From: an uncultured Gammaproteobacteria bacterium
Lineage (GTDB): Bacteria; Patescibacteriota; Microgenomatia; JAMCZE01
NCBI GenBank assembly: GCA_964576435.1
Contig: CAZNUP010000001.1
Span: 162,345 to 226,344, forward strand
Length of the DNA: 64,000 nt
Reading direction: 5' to 3'
Positions 28,420 to 37,352 of this stretch are shown here, one piece after another. The stretch's first letter is position 1. Every line of letters begins with the position of its first letter. The translations under genes were made by a program, and so were the position numbers. The notes under the pieces were generated by a model that ran no database searches, had not been told where the DNA came from, and worked only from the letters and a program-made list of their open reading frames with translations.

Positions 28420-29754
28420 TTATTGGCAAATTCCAAGTTCTTTAAGTGCAGCAAGGTTACTGGTTGCGTTGTTTATAGCAGGGTCTCTTACCACACTCGT
28501 AGTTGAGTTTCCAAAAATATGGAAGAGATTGTATAAAGCGGGTTTGAGCGCTAAAGCCTTGTTTGAAATCATTCTTACATCTAAGGCTTCTTGCATTTGA
28601 GTTCCCAAATTTACCTCGTTTAAGTTGCAACTTGGAAAGTTAGCTCTAATGACGTTCACGGCATGAGTTTTTAGTTGCCAAAAACGTCCATCAATTTTTA
28701 GATTATTCTCCACAACGTTTCCAGTAATTATCTGGCCGTTAACTGGAAGCCTGTTTGAGTTATTTGCTAATGCTTGGAATTCAGGTGTTGAAACTGGTGT
28801 TGTCGGTTTTAAGATAGAGGGTTCTCTCAGACTACTAAACACTGGCTCTGTGTATTCCATAAGAAGACCAGTAGCACCTAACCCCATTATAAAAGCTCCT
28901 CCGTCTGAAATAATATGGGTTCTTATCTTATTTTCCCTAAGGCGATCTATATTGTTTACCAAGGTTATCGTCGCAAGTCCGGCGACAACTGCAAATGTGT
29001 CAAGGGTTTGACTGTATTCATGTCCCCCAAATTGTGTCAAAAAGAATCTAGTAATTGCCCCTAATCCAAACGCAATTCCAGTTTCTAACCATCCAACCTT
29101 CTCGTGTGTAGGTGACACAGGGGGAACGGGTGCAACTGGCGGAACTGGTGGAACTCCAGGATTAGGTGGGGTATTAATATAGATTACACGTGGGGGTCGG
29201 GCACCTCGAGGTGGATAGGTGCGGGCCGGCGTATTTGGAGATTGAGGCCTTGGGGAAACTGGCAATAGCCCTCCACTTTGGTTTCCTGGATTATTAACAA
29301 CCATTTGGTGGTTGGATGACTGGTTCTGAGGTTTGCTATCAGGGGTTTCCTTTACTGTCAGGCCATGCTGGTTTATTGGTAACATTTGTCTTGTTTGATG
29401 GTCATCATGAGAAGAACCCCTATTATTATCCGGGTTATCAATAAGTACGAAGTCAGTATCAGAATTATCAACCGCGTTTAGGCGTTCATTTTCTGCTTTT
29501 TTAAATTTTCTAATTTCCCCCTCAATGTAAACCTTGCAAGCTACCGCATACCCAGATCCTGCACCATCTTTTTCAACAGCAGCGAATTTTTCTTCTACAA
29601 GCAGTTTGGCCGCTTCCCGCAGATCTCCATTACCTGAATTCGCAATTTTTTCTCTAAATTCAGATAAGACATTTGCTCTTTCGGATTTTCTTAAAGTCCA
29701 TCCGCGATTATTCAGGCTCACACGACTATCTGGAAAATGACCCTCTTTTGTCAT
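28420..29754 (-). CDS. hypothetical protein with Pro-rich linker and C-terminal TM segment
   Basis: 444 aa. A PPxP-rich stretch (PPNPGVPPVPPVAPVPPVSP) is followed by hydrophobic helices. Confidence 0.35.
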   Translation of the reverse strand: MTKEGHFPDSRVSLNNRGWTLRKSERANVLSEFREKIANSGNGDLREAAKLLVEEKFAAVEKDGAGSGYAVACKVYIEGEIRKFKKAENERLNAVDNSDTDFVLIDNPDNNRGSSHDDHQTRQMLPINQHGLTVKETPDSKPQNQSSNHQMVVNNPGNQSGGLLPVSPRPQSPNTPARTYPPRGARPPRVIYINTPPNPGVPPVPPVAPVPPVSPTHEKVGWLETGIAFGLGAITRFFLTQFGGHEYSQTLDTFAVVAGLATITLVNNIDRLRENKIRTHIISDGGAFIMGLGATGLLMEYTEPVFSSLREPSILKPTTPVSTPEFQALANNSNRLPVNGQIITGNVVENNLKIDGRFWQLKTHAVNVIRANFPSCNLNEVNLGTQMQEALDVRMISNKALALKPALYNLFHIFGNSTTSVVRDPAINNATSNLAALKELGICQ

Positions 29755-29793
29755 AGTGAAAGAATCATATCACACTATAAGATATAATTCAAA

Positions 29794-31404
29794 TTAAAAG
29801 AACACTATTGTTGTTGTCTTTTTTGAGCGCCCTAAGGGGTCGTTTGCGTAAACTTGACCAATCGCCGACAAGACCGCTTTTGAGTTAGGATTCTTTGCAT
29901 AACTAGATTCCAAGCTTTTAGCCCCCAGTTCCATTTGTCCAAATGTAAACAAAGCATTAGCTAAAGTCAAATGTTGGAAGTAGTCTTTTCCGTAAACCAA
30001 TTTCATCTCCCTCTTTTCCGTACTAAAAACTACTGCATAAGGGTCTAAATAAACTAAATGCCATTTTGGATTTTTAACAATCTCACTTAAAAATTGCCCT
30101 GCCCACGGAGTTCCGTCTGTGTGAGCAAAAATGATTGTGTTGAATTTATAAACTTCACTAACTTTTTCAAAGTTATCCCCATTTGCCTGCATGGGAATAT
30201 AAACGTTTTGGAAGAACCTAGTTGGATATGCCTCTGGCCTTCCGTCAACAAATACTTTTGTTTTAGGATACAACCTGTAATCCAAGTAGCTTCCGATATC
30301 AAAATTATTAAAAATTGGCCCTTTAAGTTTGTTACTAATGACAAAATCCACTGCGCCTTTCCCACTTTCAGAAACAGTGTTTCCAAATCTTTTTGGTGAG
30401 TCTGTGCTTAAGTAGTAATCATTTGTCATAAGTCGAAACACTCTTAGGAAACTTATTGCAACAACAAAGATTACTATATAGGTTTGGTATGGAATTCTGA
30501 ACCTAATATTTGCAAGGTTGAAGGCAAAAATTGGCAGCAAAATTAGAAAAAGTAAAGGAAAACTCCTGATATGTAAAATTGGTAAAACCAGAAAACCAGT
30601 AAGCATCAAGTTGATTAGGGTTATTTTCTTTGACAAAACAAACGAAGCTATAAAAAAAACTACTCCTATCCAAAAATATAAGATATTGGGATTATTTGTG
30701 ACCTGTGCCAAAAAGAAGATATTTTGGTTTTCAACAATTGTATAGCCGTAATTTCCAAATACCTGCAAAGGATTAAGAGCTCCTGCTATTCCATTTGGAT
30801 TTAAAAGACAAACAAAAGTACTAATTATTCCTAAAACTGCAAGAAATTTATCTCGCCTAGAGATTGCAAACACAAATATCAGTGCGGGACCGAGGATAAA
30901 ATAAATATGTGCATTAACCCAAAAAATTTGAATAACAGGAAGCGCCCACAACCAGTTTTTTTTACCAAATAAAAGTAGGTATAAAAAAATTGCAACAAAA
31001 AGATAGCTAAAAATTTCGGGCCTAATCTCTGTTCTTTCTAAAAGAACCGGGACAAATATTAAAAAACTGACTGCTGTAGCAGCTAAATTTTTTGAATATC
31101 TAAAAGCAGTCCAGACTGTAAGTGTTCCCGCTGTAACTAAGATTAAAGTCTTAAAGTAAAGAAGCGTGGGACTTCCAATAAGATAAAACACCACTTCCGA
31201 AAGCCAATGAGAGTTGATAAATGGGAAGTTTGGATGCGTATAGCTGAGAAGATTAGTTTGTGGAACAAATTTCCCATCTAGTATTATTTGCCCCATTAAA
31301 AGATGCCTCCCTAAATCTTGATCAAACTCAATTATGTTATGGAAAAACATCGCAAAAAGAAGAAGAACAACACTAACAAAGAAGAAAATAGTTAATTTTT
31401 GCAT
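29794..31404 (-). CDS. polytopic membrane protein, possibly GT-C-fold glycosyltransferase (ArnT/PMT/YfhO-like)
   Basis: 536 aa with about 12 TM helices in the N-terminal 330 aa and a soluble C-terminal domain. The topology is typical of GT-C glycosyltransferases, but no motif is confirmed. Confidence 0.35.
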   Translation of the reverse strand: MQKLTIFFFVSVVLLLFAMFFHNIIEFDQDLGRHLLMGQIILDGKFVPQTNLLSYTHPNFPFINSHWLSEVVFYLIGSPTLLYFKTLILVTAGTLTVWTAFRYSKNLAATAVSFLIFVPVLLERTEIRPEIFSYLFVAIFLYLLLFGKKNWLWALPVIQIFWVNAHIYFILGPALIFVFAISRRDKFLAVLGIISTFVCLLNPNGIAGALNPLQVFGNYGYTIVENQNIFFLAQVTNNPNILYFWIGVVFFIASFVLSKKITLINLMLTGFLVLPILHIRSFPLLFLILLPIFAFNLANIRFRIPYQTYIVIFVVAISFLRVFRLMTNDYYLSTDSPKRFGNTVSESGKGAVDFVISNKLKGPIFNNFDIGSYLDYRLYPKTKVFVDGRPEAYPTRFFQNVYIPMQANGDNFEKVSEVYKFNTIIFAHTDGTPWAGQFLSEIVKNPKWHLVYLDPYAVVFSTEKREMKLVYGKDYFQHLTLANALFTFGQMELGAKSLESSYAKNPNSKAVLSAIGQVYANDPLGRSKKTTTIVFF

Positions 31405-31632
31405 CTATCTTGCAACCGACGCCCCAAGAACCGAAGTTGAAATTAAAGGCCCCAAAAAGCCCTGCTGCCAAGAAACGAACATTAAAAGAGTTATCACAAC
31501 AAAAAGTAAAAGAAGCATTTCAGTTTCATCAAACTTCAAATCTAAGATCGGAGCATGTAGTTTCTTTGATAAAGTTTTTTTCTTCACACACCCAGTATAT
31601 GAAGATTGAGACTAAAAAGTAAAGTCCTAATT

Positions 31633-31717
31633 TGGCGGAGGATACAGGAGTCGAACCTGTTAGTCCTTGCGAACATTGGTTTTCAAGACCAACGCCTTAC
31701 CGTTCGGCCAATCCTCC
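31633..31717 (-). tRNA. tRNA-Ser(UGA), type II, CCA encoded
   Basis: Minus-strand read GGAGGATTGGCCGAACGGTAAGGCGTTGGTCTTGAAAACCAATGTTCGCAAGGACTAACAGGTTCGACTCCTGTATCCTCCGCCA. The anticodon loop is CTTGAAA. Confidence 0.8.
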
Positions 31718-31792
31718 AAAAACATGCCTATTATATCCTAAATTTTTAGTTTATTTGTTCGTCGGGCTGTTTACCTTCTCCACTTAGAAGAT

Positions 31793-32137
31793 TTAATCTG
31801 ATTCGGGAGGTTCAACTAATGTAAGACCCACCAAGGCTCCCAATATAATTATGTCTTCTGGTGAAAAGGTACTCCTTCTAGCAAATTCCACTTCAAGTGC
31901 CCAAGGTCTTACTATCGTCGTATCAACAACTACAGTAACTCCAGATTCGTCACTAGCGCTATATGCAACTCTACTTTCTTTTGAATACCACCCATTATTT
32001 CTTGCACTCAAGCGTTGCTTCGAGCCTGGGTTAACTACAACCCCTTCTGTTCTTTTTTGGAAAAAATTTATAAGTCTCTCGAACATAATAGTTAATTCTC
32101 TGATGTCGAATATAACAAATTTGGAGTCACTTATCAA
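31793..32137 (-). CDS. hypothetical protein
   Basis: 114-aa ORF with no motifs. Weak. Confidence 0.2.
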   Translation of the reverse strand: MISDSKFVIFDIRELTIMFERLINFFQKRTEGVVVNPGSKQRLSARNNGWYSKESRVAYSASDESGVTVVVDTTIVRPWALEVEFARRSTFSPEDIIILGALVGLTLVEPPESD

Positions 32138-32252
32138 CTATAGGACAGATAATAAGAATTCAATTGAAAACTTATGGTCTAACTTAGCTATCTTGAAAGT
32201 ATGGTGGGGACTTTCTGTAGCGCTTTATTATTATATAGTTCCGAAATTACGG

Positions 32253-32337
32253 CGGAGGAGGCGAGATTCGAACTCGCGACATCTTGCGACGTGGCGGTTT
32301 AGTAAACCGCTGCACTAGACCACTATGCGACTCCTCC
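32253..32337 (-). tRNA. type II (Ser-like) tRNA with apparent anticodon ACU
   Basis: GGAGGAGTCGCATAGTGGTCTAGTGCAGCGGTTTACTAAACCGCCACGTCGCAAGATGTCGCGAGTTCGAATCTCGCCTCCTCCG. The anticodon stem is GCGGT/ACCGC with loop TTACTAA. The acceptor and T-arm are identical to tRNA-Ser(GGA) at 11245. Confidence 0.55.
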
Positions 32338-32352
32338 AGTTTTTTTGGCGAG

Positions 32353-32439
32353 CGGAGGAGACAGGATTCGAACCTGCGCGAGCCTTGCGGCCCAGAGATT
32401 TAGCAAACCTCCGCAATGGACCAGCTATGCGACTCCTCC
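32353..32439 (-). tRNA. tRNA-Ser(GCU), type II
   Basis: GGAGGAGTCGCATAGCTGGTCCATTGCGGAGGTTTGCTAAATCTCTGGGCCGCAAGGCTCGCGCAGGTTCGAATCCTGTCTCCTCCG. The anticodon loop is TTGCTAA. Confidence 0.75.
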
Positions 32440-32523
32440 GTATGCTCCAATTATACATTCAAACCCTGAGGTCTGGTAGCTGAAGTCGACTTCACTTGAA
32501 CTCTCAAATTATTTAACTAAGAT

Positions 32524-33228
32524 ATGCCTATGAAAACAGAACATGAGATCCATCCAATCCAAGGCGCGATTGTCCAAAAACTTTTGTTTAGTCAGAAAGC
32601 CCGTTTTAGTGAACTAAATACAACAAAAGTTAGTACCGATCAGTTTAATTTTCATTTAAAAGCGCTTTTAGATTCTGGTGTCATTAAAAAGATTGATGGC
32701 CATTATGAGTTAACTTCCTATGGTAAAGAGTTTGCCAATCGTTTTGATACAGAAAAGTCACAAATCGAAAAACAAGCAAAGATTTCTGTTGTTTTAAACT
32801 GTGTCAGAAAAGTTAACGGTGTGACAAAGTATCTTCTTCAACAGAGACTAAAACAGCCTTATTATGGATATCATGGTGCGGTTGGCGGCAAAGTAAGATG
32901 GGGTGAAACAGTTGAGGAGGCAGCCATAAGAGAATTTAAGGAAGAAACTGGACTTGATGCCAAGGTTTATCTGCAGATGATTAAACACAAGATGGACTAT
33001 TCAAAAACCGGCGAACTCCTTGAGGATAAATATTTTTTCGTTTTCAAAGCTACTGTAGTAGGAGGGAAATTTATCTCAAAATTTGATGGCGGTAAAAATA
33101 TATGGCTCACAATTGATGAAATAAAAAAACTCAATCCCATTTTTGATGACTTGGATAGATCAATGAAGATCACCAGACGCAAAAAACTTGCTTTTGTGCA
33201 GAATAAATACACTGTCTCGGGCTTTTGA
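32524..33228 (+). CDS. NUDIX hydrolase with N-terminal winged-helix domain
   Basis: Nudix box GGKVRWGETVEEAAIREFKEETGL (GX5EX7REUXEEXGU), preceded by an N-terminal ~90-aa wHTH-like region. Confidence 0.7.
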   Translation: MPMKTEHEIHPIQGAIVQKLLFSQKARFSELNTTKVSTDQFNFHLKALLDSGVIKKIDGHYELTSYGKEFANRFDTEKSQIEKQAKISVVLNCVRKVNGVTKYLLQQRLKQPYYGYHGAVGGKVRWGETVEEAAIREFKEETGLDAKVYLQMIKHKMDYSKTGELLEDKYFFVFKATVVGGKFISKFDGGKNIWLTIDEIKKLNPIFDDLDRSMKITRRKKLAFVQNKYTVSGF

Positions 33229-33911
33229 TCTACAATGTAATTGTGTGGGATTCTCTTCTTGATATAGTCTTTCCGAGGTCCTGCTTTGGCTGTGGAAAGT
33301 GGGGAAGTTATATTTGTAAAAGTTGTGCTACAAATAAAATTTCCTATTTTAACTTTCAAGTTTGTCCGGTTTGTGAGCGCGCAAGTCAGAGCGGCTTAAC
33401 TCATTCAACTTGTAAGTCTGATTTAGATGGTCTCTTTGTCTTAGCAAACTATAAGGATTTAATCATAAAAGTTGTTAGGGAAATAAAATACCAAGGTGTA
33501 TTCGCTGCTTCATCTGAGGTCGGAAGTTTAATTAGACAACACTATCACAAAGAATTTGAATTTGACTATTTTGTTCCCGTCCCACTTTCCAAAAAGCGCG
33601 AACGTTTAAGAGGCTTTAATCAAGCCGAAAAGCTTGCCAAAGCTTTGAAGCTAAAACCTGTAAAAAATTTATTAGTACGAACTAAGGAAACAAAACCCCA
33701 ATTCGACTTAAAGTTCGAACAAAGAAAAGATAACGTAAAAGGTGTTTTTGCAATTAACCCCAACTTATTAACTCGCAATCTGCAAAACTTATCTCTCTGT
33801 CTTGTTGATGATGTAGCAACCACCGGCTCAACACTTTTTGAATGCGCCAAAACTTTGAAAATGGCAGGCGCCAAAAGAGTTTACGGAGTAACAATAGCAA
33901 GGGGTGGTTAG
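33225..33911 (+). CDS. comF: ComF family protein (phosphoribosyltransferase domain, competence protein F-like)
   Basis: N-terminal double CxxC zinc finger (CFGCG...CKSC...CPVC), a C-terminal PRTase motif LCLVDDVATTGSTL, and 4-nt overlap with the upstream gene. Confidence 0.7.
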   Translation: MIYNVIVWDSLLDIVFPRSCFGCGKWGSYICKSCATNKISYFNFQVCPVCERASQSGLTHSTCKSDLDGLFVLANYKDLIIKVVREIKYQGVFAASSEVGSLIRQHYHKEFEFDYFVPVPLSKKRERLRGFNQAEKLAKALKLKPVKNLLVRTKETKPQFDLKFEQRKDNVKGVFAINPNLLTRNLQNLSLCLVDDVATTGSTLFECAKTLKMAGAKRVYGVTIARGG

Positions 33912-33925
33912 GTTATAATTAACCT

Positions 33926-34363
33926 GTGAGAATTGAAAATCGTCAAGCTCGATATGACTATGAGATTCTTGAAAAATTCGAAGCCGGCATAAATCTTTTA
34001 GGTCCGGAGGTTAAATCTATCAGGGAAAACGAAATTTCCTTAAATGAATCCTTTGTCCACATGCGGGACGGTCAAGCATATCTTGTTAATGCTCACATCC
34101 ACCCTTACCAAAATTCGGCTCTTTCAATTAGTCCAACAAGAACAAGAAAACTTCTCCTACACAAAAAAGAATTAACTCATTTAAATTCAAAAATCGCCGC
34201 CACTGGTTTGACCCTAATTCCACTAGTGCTGTATAATAAAGGTAACATTTTTAAGCTCGAAGTCGCTTTGGCGAAGGGCAAGAAAAAATGGGATAAGCGC
34301 GAAGCGATCAAAAAACAAACCATGAATAGGGAAGTAGAAATCGCTTTACGAGATAAATCTTAA
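33926..34363 (+). CDS. smpB: SsrA-binding protein SmpB
   Basis: NRQARYDYEILEKFEAGINLLGPEVKSIR...AHIHPY...RTRKLLLHKKEL is the canonical SmpB sequence, and ssrA follows directly. Confidence 0.9.
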   Translation: MRIENRQARYDYEILEKFEAGINLLGPEVKSIRENEISLNESFVHMRDGQAYLVNAHIHPYQNSALSISPTRTRKLLLHKKELTHLNSKIAATGLTLIPLVLYNKGNIFKLEVALAKGKKKWDKREAIKKQTMNREVEIALRDKS

Positions 34364-34368
34364 TTCCT

Positions 34369-34789
34369 GGGGATGTACGAATCGCTGGGAGAGCACTTTG
34401 AAAACTGCAAGCCGAAGATGATAGCTAGAATTCGTTAAAAACGCTATCAAAAACTTAAGTGCTGGAACACAATCCACACTGACTGCGTATCTGGAGAAAC
34501 TCCAGAAGAAAGCCGAATTGGCTTTCAACGCTAACTTCAAGGCGCAAGCCCAAGTTTTAGCTTACGCGTAAAGTCTGTTTCATAAATCCTCTCTCAGTGG
34601 GATTTTTGAGGCATTATTCAGCTGAGATGCTAACTTAAGGGTTTGGTTTTCCTTTGAGAATATAGACCAGTAACCACGCTATATTTGTCTTGTTAATTCG
34701 ATCGGGTATAGCAAGAATTAGAATTAACTACGCTTGTAGATGTTTAAGGGTCGTTCTAACCATACGGGGCTTCACCGCCCCCATCTCCA
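34369..34789 (+). ncRNA. ssrA: tmRNA (ssrA), ~421 nt, proposed tag peptide ANFKAQAQVLAYA
   Basis: It starts GGGGATG 6 nt after the smpB stop. An internal tag ORF GCT AAC TTC AAG GCG CAA GCC CAA GTT TTA GCT TAC GCG TAA lies at 34530-34571. The 3' tRNA-like end has T-arm GGGGC-TTCACC-GCCCC (34766-34781) and acceptor strand CATCTCC (34782-34788) pairing with the 5' GGGGATG, with discriminator A. No CCA is encoded. Confidence 0.65.
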
Positions 34790-36305
34790 CATGAGGGATT
34801 TTTCTTGGAGAAAGATCGCGCATTAGCTCGATCGGACGGGACAAAGTCGCTGTTCCAAAACCATTTTCTTTGTCGAACGTCAACTTGTCTTCGAAATACA
34901 TCAAAACAATAGCTCTCTTATTTTGCCAATTAGGGTTTTTCCACATATCAACAGGGTTTTCCAATGTTTGGAAAACCAAACTCGAGGCAGTTCCAAATTC
35001 TTTGTCAGAGTAGTGGCGATCTAGTCCTTGTTGCTCTTCAAGCTCTTTCTTTTGGGAAAGTTTACCCTTTAGCTCGTTCTCATAAACTCCAATAAGCTCT
35101 TCGTCTTTTGACTTGATTATTCGAGCCTTCAAAGAAGTGATTTCCGATTCAATGTCATAAATCAATGACTGATCAAGATCCCTTTTTGCCTCAAAGGAGG
35201 TTCTGTGTTGCGCCCAGACGTCTCCTAATACTGCCAACACTAGATCAGTTACTCCTTTGGCTGGCTTGGCACCTTCCATTAAGTCGAGAAGTTGATCATG
35301 CATTTTGTCTCTATGGAGAGTTTTCCAACGCATTGGGCAGCCCAGCTTCTTACAATCATATTTAGGATACTTCTGCTTGCCGTTTCTCCCAGTGCTCCAG
35401 CTCCCTGTTACAGGCCCATTGCAGAGGGAACAGCGCACAAGCCCTCTCAAGGGAAAATCATTACTGTAATCTTTGCGAACCTTAATGATCGGCTTTTTAG
35501 CAAATTTGTTAAGAACTATTGGGTAAAGACTTGGATCAACCAGGCCGTCGTGTTGGCCTTTCCCTAAAGGAATTCCCCAGGGATCATATTCAATCATGCC
35601 AAAATAAAGCGGGTTTTTAAGAATGCCCTGTATTCCATGATGAGAGATATTACTTTTGGCCCCTAGTTTGTAAAGCTCACAGTCAACAAACAGTTTAACC
35701 TCGTCCTGTGTCCGCAGCTCGCCGCTTGCAAATTTTTCAATTGCAGCCTTCCTGACTATAGCGTTGGGGCTTCCGTCTGGTTTCAGGATTTTGCCACGAA
35801 TGGGATCTTTGAAGTTCTTGAGTCCAGGAGGCATGCAGAATGGCCAAAAACCGCTCTCCAGTCGAGCTTTCATCTTTTGAATAACCTGCCTTCTATTCTT
35901 TTGTCTTTCATATTGAGAGGTTGCCGCGGCCACATTTTCGATTAATTCTCCTTCTGGACTATCCTCAAAATTAAAATTCGGACTTTCCAGCTTGGCTCCT
36001 CGCCCCACCAGCTCACTCTTTAACTGAAGATGAACTTTGACATCTCGAGCCAACCTACTCAGATCGTCAAAAATAATCACATAGTTTTCTATCTTATGGA
36101 CTTCAAGATGGGTAATTAACTTCTTCATTCCTGGCCGCTCAAAAAGCCCCCCAGAAACACCATCGTCAGGGAAAACTACCTCGACTTTGTATCCTTTTTC
36201 CCTGGCGTAGTTACGACATCTCCTTTCCTGAGATTCAAGTCCGTGGCCTTCATTGACCTGGCGATCTGAACTTACCCGACAATAAATTAAGCACTTAGTT
36301 TGCAT
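34728..36305 (-). CDS. large serine recombinase (integrase) of an ssrA-integrated island
   Basis: 525 aa. The N-terminal resolvase domain is LIYCRVSSDRQ...GLESQ...R; there is a recombinase domain, a zinc-ribbon Cys cluster (CSLCNG...CKKLGC) and a coiled-coil. The last ~20 codons overlap the 3' tRNA-like domain of ssrA. Confidence 0.85.
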   Translation of the reverse strand: MQTKCLIYCRVSSDRQVNEGHGLESQERRCRNYAREKGYKVEVVFPDDGVSGGLFERPGMKKLITHLEVHKIENYVIIFDDLSRLARDVKVHLQLKSELVGRGAKLESPNFNFEDSPEGELIENVAAATSQYERQKNRRQVIQKMKARLESGFWPFCMPPGLKNFKDPIRGKILKPDGSPNAIVRKAAIEKFASGELRTQDEVKLFVDCELYKLGAKSNISHHGIQGILKNPLYFGMIEYDPWGIPLGKGQHDGLVDPSLYPIVLNKFAKKPIIKVRKDYSNDFPLRGLVRCSLCNGPVTGSWSTGRNGKQKYPKYDCKKLGCPMRWKTLHRDKMHDQLLDLMEGAKPAKGVTDLVLAVLGDVWAQHRTSFEAKRDLDQSLIYDIESEITSLKARIIKSKDEELIGVYENELKGKLSQKKELEEQQGLDRHYSDKEFGTASSLVFQTLENPVDMWKNPNWQNKRAIVLMYFEDKLTFDKENGFGTATLSRPIELMRDLSPRKIPHVEMGAVKPRMVRTTLKHLQA

Positions 36306-36498
36306 TGTTGTCTCCTTTTGATGTTTGCCAGAAGGTTTCTATAACCTCGTTAGATAGAAGGTATAAAAAGTCGAGTATAGACTGGATATCGCTGTCTTTC
36401 ATGTTTTTGGATTTTTCCCCAAGCATCTGCCTCGCTTGGTCAACAGTCACTTTTCGATCCTGACTGCCGTTTTGCCCTGTCCATTTTCCGCTCGGCAT
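36295..36498 (-). CDS. small hypothetical protein (possible recombination directionality factor/excisionase position)
   Basis: 67-aa ORF immediately upstream of, and overlapping, the integrase start. No motif. Confidence 0.25.
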   Translation of the reverse strand: MPSGKWTGQNGSQDRKVTVDQARQMLGEKSKNMKDSDIQSILDFLYLLSNEVIETFWQTSKGDNNAN

Positions 36499-36607
36499 AA
36501 ATCCTCCTGCCTCTCAAAACCCACGGGTTGGATAATGCCGTGTTTAAGATACAGAGGATGTGCCTATGGATAGGCCAAGTCCACCTCGTCTAAGAATGTT
36601 TATTTAA

Positions 36608-36928
36608 CTAATAGAATTCGCTATTTTCTCTCAATATTTCTTCAACCAATGATTTCATGTCCTCCTTTGGCGCTATTTCCGTGTTTAGCCGCCAGTGAAG
36701 GCCTTCTTCACCTCTTCCAGATGGAATTAACAACTGTTTGCCGTCAATCTTGGTTCGGGAAAGACTTGAAATTCTGGCTCCCAGCTGTTTGTCTTTCTGA
36801 TCCAGAGCGCCTGAGATCGTGGTTGTGGTCATTATGTTGGAGTCCAACTCAAGGATGGAAGCTAAGGCCTGAAGTTTCTCCAAGGTGAACTTTCTAAGAG
36901 TGTTTTCGAGAGAGTTATTTTGGTTCAT
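36608..36928 (-). CDS. hypothetical protein
   Basis: 106-aa ORF with no recognised domain. Confidence 0.3.
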   Translation of the reverse strand: MNQNNSLENTLRKFTLEKLQALASILELDSNIMTTTTISGALDQKDKQLGARISSLSRTKIDGKQLLIPSGRGEEGLHWRLNTEIAPKEDMKSLVEEILRENSEFY

Positions 36929-37002
36929 GTAGCCAATTTACCAAAGCATACATTGCTTGTCAAGCATATGGTGAATATCGAGCATAATGACCAAATTCTT
37001 CT

Positions 37003-37221
37003 CTAAGAGGAGATGTCCAAAAGCTCGGATAACTTAATGCCTAAAGCAGTGGCTATCTGATATGCCGTTTTGATTGAAATGTTCCTCCCTTGTTCAATAT
37101 CCCAAAAGTAGGCACGGTGAAGTCCTGCCTTCTCTGCCAATTGTTCTTGAGTTAAGCCCTTCCTCTTCCTAAGAGTCTCTATCCTGTAGCCAAGCTTTGC
37201 ATAAAGATTTTTATAGTTCAT
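37003..37221 (-). CDS. XRE-family HTH transcriptional regulator (repressor-like)
   Basis: LRKRKGLTQEQLAEKAGLHRAYFWDIEQGRNISIKTAYQIATALGIKLSELL. 72 aa, divergent from the DUF4352 gene. Confidence 0.8.
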   Translation of the reverse strand: MNYKNLYAKLGYRIETLRKRKGLTQEQLAEKAGLHRAYFWDIEQGRNISIKTAYQIATALGIKLSELLDISS

Positions 37222-37352
37222 GGCAAGCCTAGACTAGCGGATTGCCAGACTTTTCTTTACCAGACATATCTTGCTTTTTTGCGCCTATTAGGGCTTATTA
37301 TTGGGACGAGAGTTAGAAATAAGAATATAGCCACAAGGAGGTGAATCATTAA

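Noticed and set aside
31851-32318. 155-aa plus-strand ORF
   Set aside because: It overlaps the minus-strand ORF 31793..32137 and runs into the tRNA gene at 32253. It has no features, and the overlapping ORFs in this short non-coding stretch are probably all spurious.
34346-34540. 64-aa minus-strand ORF
   Set aside because: It lies entirely within the tmRNA gene, antisense.
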